Shown: positions 1 to 11,444 of the stretch, piece after piece | Layout of the letters: every line of letters starts with the position of its first letter | Position numbering within the stretch: the first letter of the stretch is position 1 | Assembly: GCA_016235265.1 (NCBI GenBank) | Contig: JACRLI010000022.1 | Coordinates: 9,257-73,256, forward strand | Origin: Candidatus Eiseniibacteriota bacterium | GTDB taxonomy: Bacteria > Eisenbacteria > RBG-16-71-46 > JACRLI01 | Reading direction: 5' to 3' | DNA length: 64,000 nucleotides | Program-made: the position numbers and the translations under genes | Notes under the pieces: generated by a model | Seen by the model: only the letters and a program-made list of their open reading frames with translations | What the model was told of the DNA's origin: nothing | The model's database searches: none

Positions 1-454
1 GGAGTTCAAGATCGACCTGGACCGGGTGCGCGGGGCGGGCGGGGCGAAGGGCGCGCCCCTGAAGCTGGAGACATCCCCGCAGTGGGCCTCCTTCCAGGTG
101 TGCGTGAACTGCCACCAGGGCATCACCGACGCCTGGTCGCGCACGCCCCACGCGAAGGCCTACCAGACGCTGGTCAAGGAGGGCAACCAGGGCGAGCAGG
201 AATGCCTGAAGTGCCACGTGGTGGGGCTGGGCAGCCCCGGCGGCTTCAATCCCGCCCGGCCGGACCCGCTGTTCCAGGGTGTGCAGTGCGAGAGCTGCCA
301 CGGCGCGGGCGTGAAGCACTCGGTGGCCCGGGACTCGGAGCGCAAGTCCACCATCATCGGCCACCCCGACGAGCAGAGCTGCCGGCGCTGCCACACCGCC
401 GAGCGCAGCCCCAACTTCAACTTCGCGAAGTACTGGGAGAAGATCAGACACTGA
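1..454 (+). CDS. Multiheme cytochrome c (cytochrome c554-like domain), 5'-truncated by the window edge
   Basis: Four CxxCH motifs (CVNCH, CLKCH, CESCH, CRRCH); frame is open from position 2; its TGA overlaps the ATG of gpmI. Confidence 0.85.
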   Translation, partial: EFKIDLDRVRGAGGAKGAPLKLETSPQWASFQVCVNCHQGITDAWSRTPHAKAYQTLVKEGNQGEQECLKCHVVGLGSPGGFNPARPDPLFQGVQCESCHGAGVKHSVARDSERKSTIIGHPDEQSCRRCHTAERSPNFNFAKYWEKIRH

Positions 455-1989
455 TGTCCCGACGCCGACCCGTCGCGCTGGTCATCATGGACGGCTGGGG
501 GCTCCGCGACGACCCCCGGATGAACGCCGTGGCCATCGCCCGCACCCCCAACTACGACCGGCTGCGGCGCGAGTTCCCGTGGACCTCGCTGATCACGTCC
601 GGCGAGGAGGTCGGCCTCCCGGCCGGCCAGATGGGCAACTCCGAGGTTGGCCACCTGAACCTGGGCGCGGGCCGCATCGTGTACCAGGACCTGGTGCGCG
701 TCTCCAGGTCGGTGGAGTCCGGCGAGTTCCTCCGTATCCCGGCGTTCGTGGACCTGGTGCGCGCGCTGAAGCAGCGCGGCGGCGCGCTGCACCTGATGGG
801 CCTGCTCTCCGACGGGGGCGTGCACAGCCACCAGCGGCACCTGTGGGCGCTGCTGGAGATGTGCCGGCAGCAGGGGCTGGACAGGGTCCACGTGCACGCA
901 TTCCTGGACGGGCGCGACACGCCGCCCCAGAGCGGCGCCGGCTTCATGTCCGAGCTGCAGGAGCGGATTCGCACCCTCGGCGTGGGCGACGTGGCCAGCG
1001 TCGGCGGCCGCTACTACGCCATGGACCGCGACAAGCGATGGGAACGCGTGCGACGCGCCTGGGACGTGGTGGTGGAGGGGAAGGGGCCGCTGCTGCCTGA
1101 CCCGGTGCAGGCCATCCGGGCTTCCTACGCCGCCGGCAGGACCGACGAATTCATGGAGCCGGTGGCGATCGGCGACGGCGCGCCGCGGGGCCCGCTGCGT
1201 CCCGGCGACGGGGTGATCTGCTTCAACTTCCGCGCCGACCGTGCGCGCGAGCTGTGTGCCGCGCTCGCCGATCCCGCCTTCGACGGCTTTCCGCGGCAGG
1301 TGCCGGGAATCGAGCTGGTGACCATGACCCGCTACCGCGAGGAATTCCCGTTCCCGGTGGCCTTCGACAACGTGCGCCTGACCCGGATCCTGGCCGAGGT
1401 GTTCGCCGCGAACGGGCTCACCAACCTGAGACTGGCGGAGACCGAGAAGTACGCCCACGTCACGTATTTCTTCAACGGCGGCGAGGAGACCCCCTTCGCG
1501 GGCGAGGAGCGCATCATGATCGCCTCGCCCCGGGTGGCCACCTACGACCTGCAGCCGGAGATGAGCGCCCCCGAGGTGACCCGCACCATGCTGGCCCAGG
1601 TCGCCTCGGGCAAGTTCGACGCGTTCGTGCTGAACTACGCCAATCCCGACATGGTGGGTCACACCGGCGTGCTGGAGGCGGCCGTCAAGGCCGTGGAGAC
1701 CGTGGACGCGGGCGTGGGCCAGGTGGTGGACGCCATCCTGGCGCGGGGTGGTGCCGTGATGGTCACCGCCGACCACGGCAATTGCGAGCAGATGTGGGAC
1801 GAGACCACCCACGGCCCGCACACCGCGCACTCCACCAATCCGGTGCCGTTCATCGTGGCCGAGGCGGAAGAGCGCCGGCCGCTGCGCTCCGGCGGCATCC
1901 TGGCCGACGTGGCGCCCACGTTCCTGGGCCTGCTGGGCCTGGAAGCCCCGCCCGAGATGACCGGCCGCGACCTTCGCGCCCGTGGCTAG
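454..1989 (+). CDS. gpmI: 2,3-bisphosphoglycerate-independent phosphoglycerate mutase
   Basis: LVIMDGWG, GLPAGQMGNSEVGH, LLSDGGVHSH, GRYYAMDRD, AETEKYAHVT, NPDMVGHTG and TADHGN motifs; ATG at 454. Confidence 0.97.
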   Translation: MSRRRPVALVIMDGWGLRDDPRMNAVAIARTPNYDRLRREFPWTSLITSGEEVGLPAGQMGNSEVGHLNLGAGRIVYQDLVRVSRSVESGEFLRIPAFVDLVRALKQRGGALHLMGLLSDGGVHSHQRHLWALLEMCRQQGLDRVHVHAFLDGRDTPPQSGAGFMSELQERIRTLGVGDVASVGGRYYAMDRDKRWERVRRAWDVVVEGKGPLLPDPVQAIRASYAAGRTDEFMEPVAIGDGAPRGPLRPGDGVICFNFRADRARELCAALADPAFDGFPRQVPGIELVTMTRYREEFPFPVAFDNVRLTRILAEVFAANGLTNLRLAETEKYAHVTYFFNGGEETPFAGEERIMIASPRVATYDLQPEMSAPEVTRTMLAQVASGKFDAFVLNYANPDMVGHTGVLEAAVKAVETVDAGVGQVVDAILARGGAVMVTADHGNCEQMWDETTHGPHTAHSTNPVPFIVAEAEERRPLRSGGILADVAPTFLGLLGLEAPPEMTGRDLRARG

Positions 1990-3733
1990 CGCGCCGAAGC
2001 GCCCCGCGCGGGCGCGGAAGAGGGGCACTCCTGCGGGGCCCGTCGCGGCCGCCGGAACGAGGAAGAACCCCGCGGCGAAACCGGCGCACCAGCCTGCAAC
2101 CGCCCCGCATCCCGGCAGTGAGGCCTCCAGCCTGCTGATCGCCCATCGCTGGGAACGGGGAGCCGACCCCGCGCCGGTGCTCTCGCCCTGGACCGGGCTG
2201 CCGGTGGCCATGGTCGGGCAGGCCGGGCCGCGGGAGATGGAGCGCGCGCTGGAAGCGGCGAGCCTGGCGGAGCCGGCGCTGGCCGCGTGGCCGCGCCACG
2301 CGCGCGCGGCGGTGCTGGCCGAGGTGGCCCGCCTGCTGCGCCGCGACGGCGAACTGCTGGCCGGGATGATCGTGCGCGAGGCCGGCAAGCCGCTGCGCTT
2401 CGCCCGCCTGGAGGTGGATCGCGCGGTGCGCACCTTCGCGTGGGCCGCCGTGGAGGCCCTGCAGCCGCTCGGCGAGGCGCACGCGATGGACGTGGAGCCC
2501 GGCGGCGAGGACTACCTGGCGCGGACCGAGCGGTTCCCCGTGGGGGTGGTGGCGGCCATCACCCCGTTCAACTTCCCGCTCAACCTGGTGGCGCACAAGG
2601 TGGCGCCGGCGGTGGCGGCCGGCAATCCGGTGATCGTGAAGCCGCCGCCGCAGGCGCCGTCCGCCGCGCTGCACCTGGGCCGGCTCGTGGTCGAAGCCGG
2701 CGCGCCGCCCGCCTCGATCCAGGTGCTGCCGTGCGGCGCGGACGTGGCCCAGGCGCTGGCCACGGACCCGCGCGTGAAGCTCTTGTCCTTCACCGGCAGC
2801 GACGCGGTGGGCTGGAAGCTGCGCGCCCTGGCTTCCGGCAGGCGCTGCGTGCTGGAGCTGGGCGGGGACGCGGCCGCGGTGGTGCACGGGGATGCCGACC
2901 TGGAATGGGCCGCCGTGCGGCTGGCCCTGGGCGCGTTCCTGTATGCCGGGCAGGTGTGCATCTCGGTGCAGCGGGTGCTGGTGGAGCGCGGCGCGCTGCG
3001 CCGCTTCGCGCGGCTGTTCGCACACGCCGCGGAGGACCTCGCCGTGGGCGACCCGGCCGATCCCGCCACGGTGGTGGGCCCGATGATCGACGCCGCAGCC
3101 CAGGACCGGGTGCGGTCCTGGACCGCGGAGGCGGTGCGCGGCGGCGCGAAGACGCTGCTGGCGGCCGAGCGTCGCGGCCCGGTGCTCACGCCGTGCATCC
3201 TGGAGGACGCCCCGGGCGACAGCCGCCTGGCGCGTGAGGAAGTCTTCGGCCCGGTGGCGCTGGTGGAGGGCTACGACGATTTCGAGGCGGCCCTCGACCG
3301 GGTGAACCACTCGCGCTACGGGTTGCAGGCCGCGGTGTTCACCTCCGATCCGGGCCGGGCGGAGCGGGCCTTCCGCAGGCTGGAGGTGGGTGCGGTGGTG
3401 GTGAACGACTATCCCACCCTGCGCTTCGACCACCTGCCCTATGGCGGCGTGAAGGCCTCCGGGCAGGGCCGGGAAGGGGTGCGCGCCGCGATGCGCGAGA
3501 TGACCGAGCCGCGCCTGCTGCTGCAGCGGGTCCCGGGCATCTCCGCGCCGGGCCGGCCCGCGGTGGCCGCAGAGCCGCCCGGCGCCGCCCCGCGGGCCAT
3601 CGGGATCGGACCCCGGGAGGGCGACGAGGAGCACCGTTCCGGCGTCGCCGCGCCGGCCGCGGCCGGGTCCCCGGCGGGGGGAGCCCGGCCCGGGAAGCGC
3701 CGTCGCCGCCGGGGGGGACGCAGCCACCGGTAG
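1982..3733 (+). CDS. Aldehyde dehydrogenase family protein with low-complexity terminal extensions; start uncertain
   Basis: ITPFNFPLNL, SFTGS, LELGG, GQVC (catalytic Cys), EEVFGP and PYGGVKASG motifs. Confidence 0.9.
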   Translation: MASAPKRPARARKRGTPAGPVAAAGTRKNPAAKPAHQPATAPHPGSEASSLLIAHRWERGADPAPVLSPWTGLPVAMVGQAGPREMERALEAASLAEPALAAWPRHARAAVLAEVARLLRRDGELLAGMIVREAGKPLRFARLEVDRAVRTFAWAAVEALQPLGEAHAMDVEPGGEDYLARTERFPVGVVAAITPFNFPLNLVAHKVAPAVAAGNPVIVKPPPQAPSAALHLGRLVVEAGAPPASIQVLPCGADVAQALATDPRVKLLSFTGSDAVGWKLRALASGRRCVLELGGDAAAVVHGDADLEWAAVRLALGAFLYAGQVCISVQRVLVERGALRRFARLFAHAAEDLAVGDPADPATVVGPMIDAAAQDRVRSWTAEAVRGGAKTLLAAERRGPVLTPCILEDAPGDSRLAREEVFGPVALVEGYDDFEAALDRVNHSRYGLQAAVFTSDPGRAERAFRRLEVGAVVVNDYPTLRFDHLPYGGVKASGQGREGVRAAMREMTEPRLLLQRVPGISAPGRPAVAAEPPGAAPRAIGIGPREGDEEHRSGVAAPAAAGSPAGGARPGKRRRRRGGRSHR

Positions 3734-3852
3734 CGCGGGGAGCGCCCGGAAGCCCCGCGAATTCGGCTCAAGATTCGGCGGCCGGCCGCCGAAAACGTCC
3801 TTCGGGCGCGTCCCGTCCTGCCCGGGAACCGCAGACCCTCCTGGAGACCACC

Positions 3853-4782
3853 TTGCGCATCCTCGTCACCGGCGGCGCCGGATTCATCGCCTCGCACGTC
3901 GCCGACCGCTACGTGGCCCTGGGCCACGAAGTGGCGGTGCTGGACAACCTGAGCACCGGCTTCCTGCCCAACGTGCCGCCGCAGGCCCGTTTCTACGAGG
4001 CCGACCTGCGCGATGCCGACGCCGTGGCCCGGGTGTTCCAGGACTTCCGGCCCCAGGTGGTGAATCACCACGCCGCCCAGATTGACGTGCGGGTGTCGGT
4101 GGACGACCCGGCTGGCGACGCCCTGATCAACGTGGTGGGCAGCTGCCGCCTGCTGACGCTATGCCGCAAGCACGGCGTGGAACGCTTCGTGTACATCTCC
4201 AGCGGCGGGGCGATCTATGGCGAGCCCCGCTACCTGCCGGTGGACGAGGAGCACCCGGTCAGCCCCGAGGCGCCCTACGGCATCACCAAGCACACCGTGG
4301 AGCACTATCTCGAGATCGAGCGGCGGCTGTTCGGGCTGAAGACGGTGGTGCTGCGCTACCCCAACATCTACGGCCCGCGCCAGAACCCCAGAGGCGAGGC
4401 GGGGGTGAACGCGATCTTCATCGGGATGATGCTCGAGGGCCGCGTCCCGGTGATCTACGGCGACGGCAACGCCGAGCGCGACTACCTGTACGTGCTGGAC
4501 GCGGTGGAGGCCAACCATCTGGCGCTGTCGCGCGGGGAAGGCCAGGCATTCAACCTGGGGTGGGGAGAGGGCATTTCGGTGAACCGCCTGTATGGCCTGC
4601 TGCAGGAACTGGTGCCGTTCCCGCAGCCGGTGCGCTACTCCGAGGCGCGGCCCGGCGAAGTGAGCCGCATCTACCTGTCCGCCGCGAAGGCCCGGGCCGG
4701 GCTGGGATGGGAGCCCCGGGTGGACTTCCGGCAGGGGCTGCGGAACACCATCGAGTTCGTGCGCTCCGGGGCCGCGCGCTAG
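3853..4782 (+). CDS. NAD-dependent epimerase/dehydratase (UDP-glucose 4-epimerase-like)
   Basis: GGAGFIAS Rossmann motif, YGITK (YxxxK), RYPNIYGPRQ; GGAGA RBS before a TTG start. Confidence 0.92.
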   Translation: MRILVTGGAGFIASHVADRYVALGHEVAVLDNLSTGFLPNVPPQARFYEADLRDADAVARVFQDFRPQVVNHHAAQIDVRVSVDDPAGDALINVVGSCRLLTLCRKHGVERFVYISSGGAIYGEPRYLPVDEEHPVSPEAPYGITKHTVEHYLEIERRLFGLKTVVLRYPNIYGPRQNPRGEAGVNAIFIGMMLEGRVPVIYGDGNAERDYLYVLDAVEANHLALSRGEGQAFNLGWGEGISVNRLYGLLQELVPFPQPVRYSEARPGEVSRIYLSAAKARAGLGWEPRVDFRQGLRNTIEFVRSGAAR

Positions 4783-4851
4783 GGCCGCGGCGGGGGGCGA
4801 GGTCCGGCGCGGGGAATCGCGGGAGGGGCCCGGCGCATCAAAAAATGGCGG

Positions 4852-4880
4852 TTGACACCGGCAGCGGCCGCCCGTAGGCT
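4852..4880 (+). promoter_or_regulatory. sigma-70 promoter upstream of rho
   Basis: TTGACA (4852-4857), 17-bp spacer, TAGGCT (4875-4880). Confidence 0.65.
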
Positions 4881-5175
4881 CTTTCCAGTGCCGTGGCCAT
4901 GGGGCTCCCCGCCCGGCGCTTCCGCAAGCCTCGTCCAAATCCCATCGGGTTCAATCCCTGTTCGTAACGCGAGTTCTTTCAAAGCCCCCGAACCTTGGAC
5001 GAATGCCGCCGCGGGCCCAACCCTCGGCCCGGAGCCCGCAGAGTTCGACCCCTGGAGACCCCGTTTTCGGACAAACCGTTACGACCCACACACCCACCCT
5101 CGATCAACGAGCCGCCCAGGCGGCCCCGGTCCCGGCCCCACCCGTTTTGCCGGCCCCGGCGAAGGAGCCCAAGGA

Positions 5176-6423
<1,248 letters not shown>

Positions 6424-6450
6424 TCCGGGCGGTCCCCCCTGGGGCCGAAG

Positions 6451-6479
6451 TTGGCCCGGGAGCCCGCATGCTGTAGAAT
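6451..6479 (+). promoter_or_regulatory. Putative sigma-70 promoter for rpmE
   Basis: TTGGCC, 17-bp spacer, TAGAAT. Confidence 0.5.
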
Positions 6480-6611
6480 CGTGCAGTCCACCGGGGGCGC
6501 GAATGCCCCCACGAGAAGACCCGTCCACGGGGGCACGGCGGCCGGAATGTCGAACCGGATCGTGCCTGCGGGGCCCCTGGGCCCGGGCGGCAACACGGAA
6601 AGACCAGGACC

Positions 6612-6833
6612 ATGAAGGCAGGCATTCACCCCGACTACAAGACCAGCAAGATCCTCTGCGCGTGCGGAAATGTCATCGAGACCCGCTCCACCATGGGCAG
6701 CCACCACGTGGAAATCTGCTCCAACTGCCACCCGTTCTACACGGGCAAGCAAAAGCTGATGGACACCGCCGGCCGCGTGGAGCGCTTCCGCCGCAAGTAC
6801 GCCAAGAAGGACGAGGCTCCGGCCTCCTCGTAG
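6612..6833 (+). CDS. rpmE: 50S ribosomal protein L31 (Zn-binding C+ type)
   Basis: MKAGIHPDY...CACGN...[13 protein letters not shown]...GRVERF. Confidence 0.97.
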   Translation: MKAGIHPDYKTSKILCACGNVIETRSTMGSHHVEICSNCHPFYTGKQKLMDTAGRVERFRRKYAKKDEAPASS

Positions 6834-6847
6834 CGACGAAGATCCAG

Positions 6848-6891
6848 GGCGTGCGGGGGGCCGGTTCCGGCGCCCCGCACGCCGTTTGTTT
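6848..6891 (+). terminator. Intrinsic terminator after rpmE
   Basis: GGCGTGCGGGG/CCCCGCACGCC stem followed by GTTTGTTT. Confidence 0.65.
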
Positions 6892-6987
6892 GGCCCCCGG
6901 GCGGGCCGGCCGCGGGCTTCGCGGCGGCAGCGCGGGGTGACCGGCGGAGATTTCCGGGCCGTGGCCGCGCGGCCCCCGGAGGATTCC

Positions 6988-7929
6988 TTGGGACGATTTT
7001 TGCCCGTGGGCGGGCAGGCGGTGATCGAGGGCGTGATGATGCGCTCCCCGGGCCGCGTGGCCACCGCGGTGCGCCGCCAGGACGGCGCGATCGTGTGGCA
7101 GGAGAAGCCGTTCATCTCCGTGACCCGCAAGGTCAAGCCGCTGGGCTGGCCGGTGGTGCGCGGCGCGGTGGTGCTCATCGAGGCCATGTCGCTGGGAATC
7201 TCCTCGCTGTCCTATGCGGCCGACGAGGCCGCGCGCGAGCCGGGCGAGGCCGCCCCCGCGCCGGGAGAGAAGAAGACCTCGTGGTTCTCGGCGCTGGTGC
7301 TGCCGCTCACCGTGGCCGCCTCGCTGGTGCTGGGCTTCCTGGCCTTCTTCGCGCTGCCGCTGTGGCTCACCGGTCTGTTCCACCTGCGGAGCAGCCTGGG
7401 GTTCAACCTGGTGGACGGCGTGTTCCGGCTGGCGATCTTCCTGCTCTACCTCTGGGGCATCGGCCGCTGGAGCGAGATGCAGCGCGTGTTCGAGTACCAC
7501 GGCGCGGAGCACAAGACCATCCACGCGCTGGAGGCGGGCGTGGAGCTCACCCCGGAGAACGTGCAGCAGTTCAGCCGTTTCCACCCCCGTTGCGGCACCA
7601 GCTTCCTGCTCATCGTGATGCTGCTGAGCATCGTGGTGTTCTCGCTGCTGGGCAAGCCGGAGAACTGGCTGCAGCGCGTGGAGCGCTTCCTGTTCATCCC
7701 GGTGATCGCGGGTGTGGGGTTCGAATTCGTGCGGCTCTCGGCGAAGTACAGCTCGCTGCGGCCCGTGGCGTGGCTGATCCAGCCCGGCCTGGACCTCCAG
7801 AAGCTCACCACCCGCGAGCCTTCGATGGATCAGCTCGAGGTGGCCATCACCGCGCTCAAGGCGGTGTGGAACGAAGAGACCGCGGCCATGGCGCCCGACG
7901 CGGCGCTGGCTGCGGCCTGCGAGGGGTGA
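6988..7929 (+). CDS. DUF1385 (YqhQ-like) membrane protein; start uncertain (6937 or 6988)
   Basis: [30 protein letters not shown] and LQKLTTREP motifs; usual rpmE-prfA context. Confidence 0.88.
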   Translation: MGRFLPVGGQAVIEGVMMRSPGRVATAVRRQDGAIVWQEKPFISVTRKVKPLGWPVVRGAVVLIEAMSLGISSLSYAADEAAREPGEAAPAPGEKKTSWFSALVLPLTVAASLVLGFLAFFALPLWLTGLFHLRSSLGFNLVDGVFRLAIFLLYLWGIGRWSEMQRVFEYHGAEHKTIHALEAGVELTPENVQQFSRFHPRCGTSFLLIVMLLSIVVFSLLGKPENWLQRVERFLFIPVIAGVGFEFVRLSAKYSSLRPVAWLIQPGLDLQKLTTREPSMDQLEVAITALKAVWNEETAAMAPDAALAAACEG

Positions 7930-7936
7930 GGGGGAC

Positions 7937-9055
7937 GTGGCCGAAGAATCCGGGATGAGGCGGGCCCTCGAGCAGGCGGTGCGGCGCCACCGGGAGCTTT
8001 CGGAGCGGCTGGTGGATCCGGCGGTGCTGGCCGACCACCGTGAGACGCAGAAGGTGGCCAAGGAGCGCTCCGATCTGGAGGACGCGGTGGCCTGCTTCGA
8101 CGACCTGGTGCGCCTGGAGCGCTCGATCGCCGACGACGAGGCCGTTTCCCGCAGCGACGATGCCGAGCTGGCCGAGATGGCCCGGGCCGAGCTGCCCGGG
8201 CTGCGTGACGAGCTCGCGCGGCTGGAGGCGCGGGCCCGCGAGATCCTCCTGCCCAAGGATCCCAACGACAGCCGCAACGTGATCGTGGAGATCCGCGCCG
8301 GCACCGGCGGGGACGAGGCCGCCCTGTTCGCCGCCGAGCTCTACCGCATGTACACCAAGTACGCGGAGAAGCTGGGTTACGGAATCGAGGTGCTGAACAC
8401 CAGCGGCGCCTCCGGCATCGGCGGTCTCAAGGAGGCCATCTTCCAGGTCAACGGCAGGGACGCCTACAGCAGGCTCAAGTTCGAGAGCGGCGTGCACCGG
8501 GTGCAGCGGGTGCCGGTCACCGAGGCGTCGGGGCGCATCCACACTTCGGCGGTCACGGTGGCGGTGCTGCCCGAGGCCGAGGACGTGGATGTCGAGATCC
8601 GCCAGGAGGACCTCGAGATCGACGTGTACCGCGCCGGCGGGCCCGGCGGCCAGGGCGTGAACACCACCGACTCGGCGGTGCGCGTGACGCACCTGCCCAC
8701 CGGGCTGGTGGTCACCTGCCAGGACCAGCGCTCCCAGATCAAGAACCGCGCCAAGGCCATCAAGGTGCTCAAGTCCCGCCTGCTGGACCGCATGCAGCGC
8801 GAGCAGGAGGAGAAGCAGGCCAAGGAACGCCGCTCGCAGGTGTCCACCGGCGATCGCAGCGCCAAGATCCGCACCTACAATTTCCCGCAGGGCCGCGTGA
8901 CCGACCACCGCATCGGCCTGACCGTCTACCGCCTGCAAGGCGTGCTGGAGGGGGAATTGGAGGAATTCACGGAGGGGCTGCGCGCTGCCGACGTGCAGGC
9001 CCGCATGGAAGGGCGCTCGCTGGCGGACGCGAAGGCGGCGGCGGAGGAGGACTGA
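7937..9055 (+). CDS. prfA: Peptide chain release factor 1
   Basis: [14 protein letters not shown] anticodon-mimic tripeptide (VPVTE), GGQ motif, [16 protein letters not shown]. Confidence 0.97.
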   Translation: MAEESGMRRALEQAVRRHRELSERLVDPAVLADHRETQKVAKERSDLEDAVACFDDLVRLERSIADDEAVSRSDDAELAEMARAELPGLRDELARLEARAREILLPKDPNDSRNVIVEIRAGTGGDEAALFAAELYRMYTKYAEKLGYGIEVLNTSGASGIGGLKEAIFQVNGRDAYSRLKFESGVHRVQRVPVTEASGRIHTSAVTVAVLPEAEDVDVEIRQEDLEIDVYRAGGPGGQGVNTTDSAVRVTHLPTGLVVTCQDQRSQIKNRAKAIKVLKSRLLDRMQREQEEKQAKERRSQVSTGDRSAKIRTYNFPQGRVTDHRIGLTVYRLQGVLEGELEEFTEGLRAADVQARMEGRSLADAKAAAEED

Positions 9056-9087
9056 TCGTTCCCCGCGAGGCGCCGCGGGCCGCACGG

Positions 9088-9147
9088 GCAGGCAACAGGA
9101 GAGGGGTGGAGCCGGGTATGCGGCTCCACCCCTCTCCTGTTGCCTGC
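9088..9147. repeat. Perfect 27-bp inverted repeat (hairpin) between prfA and prmC
   Basis: GCAGGCAACAGGAGAGGGGTGGAGCCG (9088-9114), loop GGTATG, exact reverse complement at 9121-9147. Confidence 0.9.
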
Positions 9148-9211
9148 GCGCGGGGGCGCTCCTGCGGGGCGCTTCTTTGCGTTCCCCCGGCCGCGTGGTA
9201 GTTTCCAGCCG

Positions 9212-10060
9212 ATGAAAGCGGTCCTGCGCGAGCTCCAATCCCTGATGGGTCCCGTCGGGCCGCACGAAGCCGAGGATCTCCTGGCGCACGTGCTGGGAGT
9301 GCGGCGGGCGGAGTTGTTCACGGGGGCCGGAAGCCCGGATCCCGAACAGTGGGAGCGCGCCCGCGCGCTCGCTGCCCGCCGCGCGGCGGGCGAGCCGCTG
9401 CAGGACCTCATCGGCTGGGTGCCGTTCCTGGACGCGCGCGTGCGCGTGGGGCCTGGAGTGCTGGTGCCGCGGCCGGAGACGGAATTGCTCACCTCCACGG
9501 CGCTGGAACTGTGGGCGGAACTGGGCATCCCGGAACCGCGCCACGCGCTGGACGTGGGCACCGGGTCGGGTTGCATCGCCGCCGCGGTGGCGCTGGCCGA
9601 CCCGCGGGCGCGGGTCACGGCCACCGACATCTCCGGCGAGGCGCTGGCGTGGGCGGCGCGCACCGTGTACGAGAACGGCCTCGCCGGCCGCGTGCGGTTG
9701 TTGAAGGGGGACTTGTTCGAGCCGCTGCAGGCGGCCGGCTGCCGGGACGGGTTCGCCTCGCTGGTGATCTCGAACCCGCCCTACGTGGCCGACGGGGAGC
9801 GGGAGGCCCTCCCGGTGGAGGTGCGCGGGCACGAACCCGCGGGGGCGCTGTTCTCCGGCCCCGAGGGCCTGGACCACATCTCCCGGATCATCGCCGGGAT
9901 CCCGCGCTGGCTGGCCGCCCCCGGTCTGCTGGCGGTCGAGATCGGATGGAAGCAGGAGGCCGCCGCGCTCTCGCTGGCCCGCTCCCGCGGCGTGTTCGCT
10001 CGCGCGGAGGTGCGGCCCGACCTGGCCGGCCGTCCACGGATGCTGTTCGGCTGGCGGTAG
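9212..10060 (+). CDS. prmC: Release factor glutamine methyltransferase (HemK)
   Basis: GEPLQ, VLVPRPETE, LDVGTGSG and SNPPY motifs; follows prfA. Confidence 0.95.
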   Translation: MKAVLRELQSLMGPVGPHEAEDLLAHVLGVRRAELFTGAGSPDPEQWERARALAARRAAGEPLQDLIGWVPFLDARVRVGPGVLVPRPETELLTSTALELWAELGIPEPRHALDVGTGSGCIAAAVALADPRARVTATDISGEALAWAARTVYENGLAGRVRLLKGDLFEPLQAAGCRDGFASLVISNPPYVADGEREALPVEVRGHEPAGALFSGPEGLDHISRIIAGIPRWLAAPGLLAVEIGWKQEAAALSLARSRGVFARAEVRPDLAGRPRMLFGWR

Positions 10061-10131
10061 GCCCGCCCCGGCGCACGCCCGGGGCAATGGAATCCCGGTC
10101 CCGGCCGGGTACGTGGAAGGGAAGGGGAGAC

Positions 10132-11394
10132 ATGGACCGTTTCGTGATCGAGGGCGGTCATCCGCTCAGGGGCGCGATCCGCGTGAGCGGCGCGAAAAAC
10201 GCGGTGCTGCCGGTGCTCACCGCCTCGCTGCTGGTGGAAGGCCCGGTGGAGGTGCACAACGTCCCGGACCTCAAGGACGTCCACACCACCTGCGAGCTGC
10301 TGCGCACACTGGGGGCAAAGGCCGAATTCCGCTCCGGCAGCGTGACGGTGGACGCCACCACCATCACGTCCACCACCGCGCCCTACGAGCTGGTGAAGAC
10401 CATGCGCGCATCCATCTACGTGCTGGGGCCGCTGCTGGCGCGCTTCGGCACGGCGCGGGTGTCCATGCCCGGCGGGTGCGCGTGGGGCCCGCGCCCGGTG
10501 GACCTGCACCTGAAGGCCATGGAGGCGCTGGGGGCCGCGGTGACCGTGGAGCACGGCTATATCGAGGCCTCCGCCGCCAGGCTCAAGGGCTGCGGCTTCT
10601 TCTTCGAATTCCCGAGCGTGGGCGCCACCGGCAACCTCATGATGGCCGCGGCGCTGGCGGACGGGAAGACCGTGATCGAGAACGCCGCCCGCGAGCCGGA
10701 CATCGAATGCCTGGGGGACTTCCTGGCCGCGTGCGGGGTGCCGATCCGGGGACAGGGCACCTCGCGGATCGAGATCGAGGGCGTGAAGCGGCTGAAGCCC
10801 GCCTCCTTCGCGGTGATCCCGGACCGCATCGAAGCGGCCACCTTCCTGGCCGCCGGCGCGGTCACCGGCAGCACCCTGCGCATCGAGGGCGCCCGGCCCG
10901 AGCACATGAGGGCGGCCATCAGCAAGATGGAGGAGACCGGCGCGAACGTGATGTGCGAGGGCTCCGAGATCGTCATCTCCAGCCCGCACCGCCTCTCCGC
11001 GGTGCGCGTCACCACCGCGCCCTACCCCGGGTTCCCCACCGACATGCAGGCGCAGATGATCGCGGTGCTCTCGCTCGCGAGCGGGCAGAGCGTGGTGACC
11101 GACACCATTTACCACGACCGCTGGGGCCACGTACCGGAGCTGCAGCGCCTCGGCGCGGACGTGCGCGTGGAAGGCAACGTGGCCGTGGTGAACGGCTCGC
11201 GCCGCCTCACCGGCGCGCAGGTGATGGCCACCGACCTGCGAGCCTCCGCCGCCCTGGTCCTGGCCGGACTGGCCGCCGACGGCGAGACCACCGTCTCGCG
11301 CGTGTACCACCTGGACCGCGGCTACGAGCAGCTGGAGAAGAAGCTCTCCGCGGTGGGTGCCGTGATCCGGCGCGAGCAGGGCCCCGGCGAGTGA
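10132..11394 (+). CDS. murA: UDP-N-acetylglucosamine 1-carboxyvinyltransferase
   Basis: [28 protein letters not shown] (catalytic Cys), [16 protein letters not shown] and ATDLRASA motifs. Confidence 0.97.
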   Translation: MDRFVIEGGHPLRGAIRVSGAKNAVLPVLTASLLVEGPVEVHNVPDLKDVHTTCELLRTLGAKAEFRSGSVTVDATTITSTTAPYELVKTMRASIYVLGPLLARFGTARVSMPGGCAWGPRPVDLHLKAMEALGAAVTVEHGYIEASAARLKGCGFFFEFPSVGATGNLMMAAALADGKTVIENAAREPDIECLGDFLAACGVPIRGQGTSRIEIEGVKRLKPASFAVIPDRIEAATFLAAGAVTGSTLRIEGARPEHMRAAISKMEETGANVMCEGSEIVISSPHRLSAVRVTTAPYPGFPTDMQAQMIAVLSLASGQSVVTDTIYHDRWGHVPELQRLGADVRVEGNVAVVNGSRRLTGAQVMATDLRASAALVLAGLAADGETTVSRVYHLDRGYEQLEKKLSAVGAVIRREQGPGE

Positions 11395-11444
11395 CAGGCA
11401 GGAGGACGACCGTCCGCAGCGAGCGCGGGCAGGAGCGCGCCTCC

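Noticed and set aside
3520..3733. Ala/Pro/Arg-rich C-terminal tail on the aldehyde dehydrogenase as a functional domain
   Set aside because: Low-complexity run-on typical of stop-codon drift in high-GC genomes; no motif
4946..4958. GGGTTCAATCCC resembling a tRNA T-arm in the rho leader
   Set aside because: No acceptor stem, D-arm or anticodon arm can be built around it
10113..11444. Apparent 1077-aa SelB and other long N-terminal extensions in the ORF track (gpmI, murA, rho, sufD, sufS, S8)
   Set aside because: The extensions overlap upstream genes in another frame or non-coding leaders; true starts were assigned from RBS, gene coupling and family N-termini
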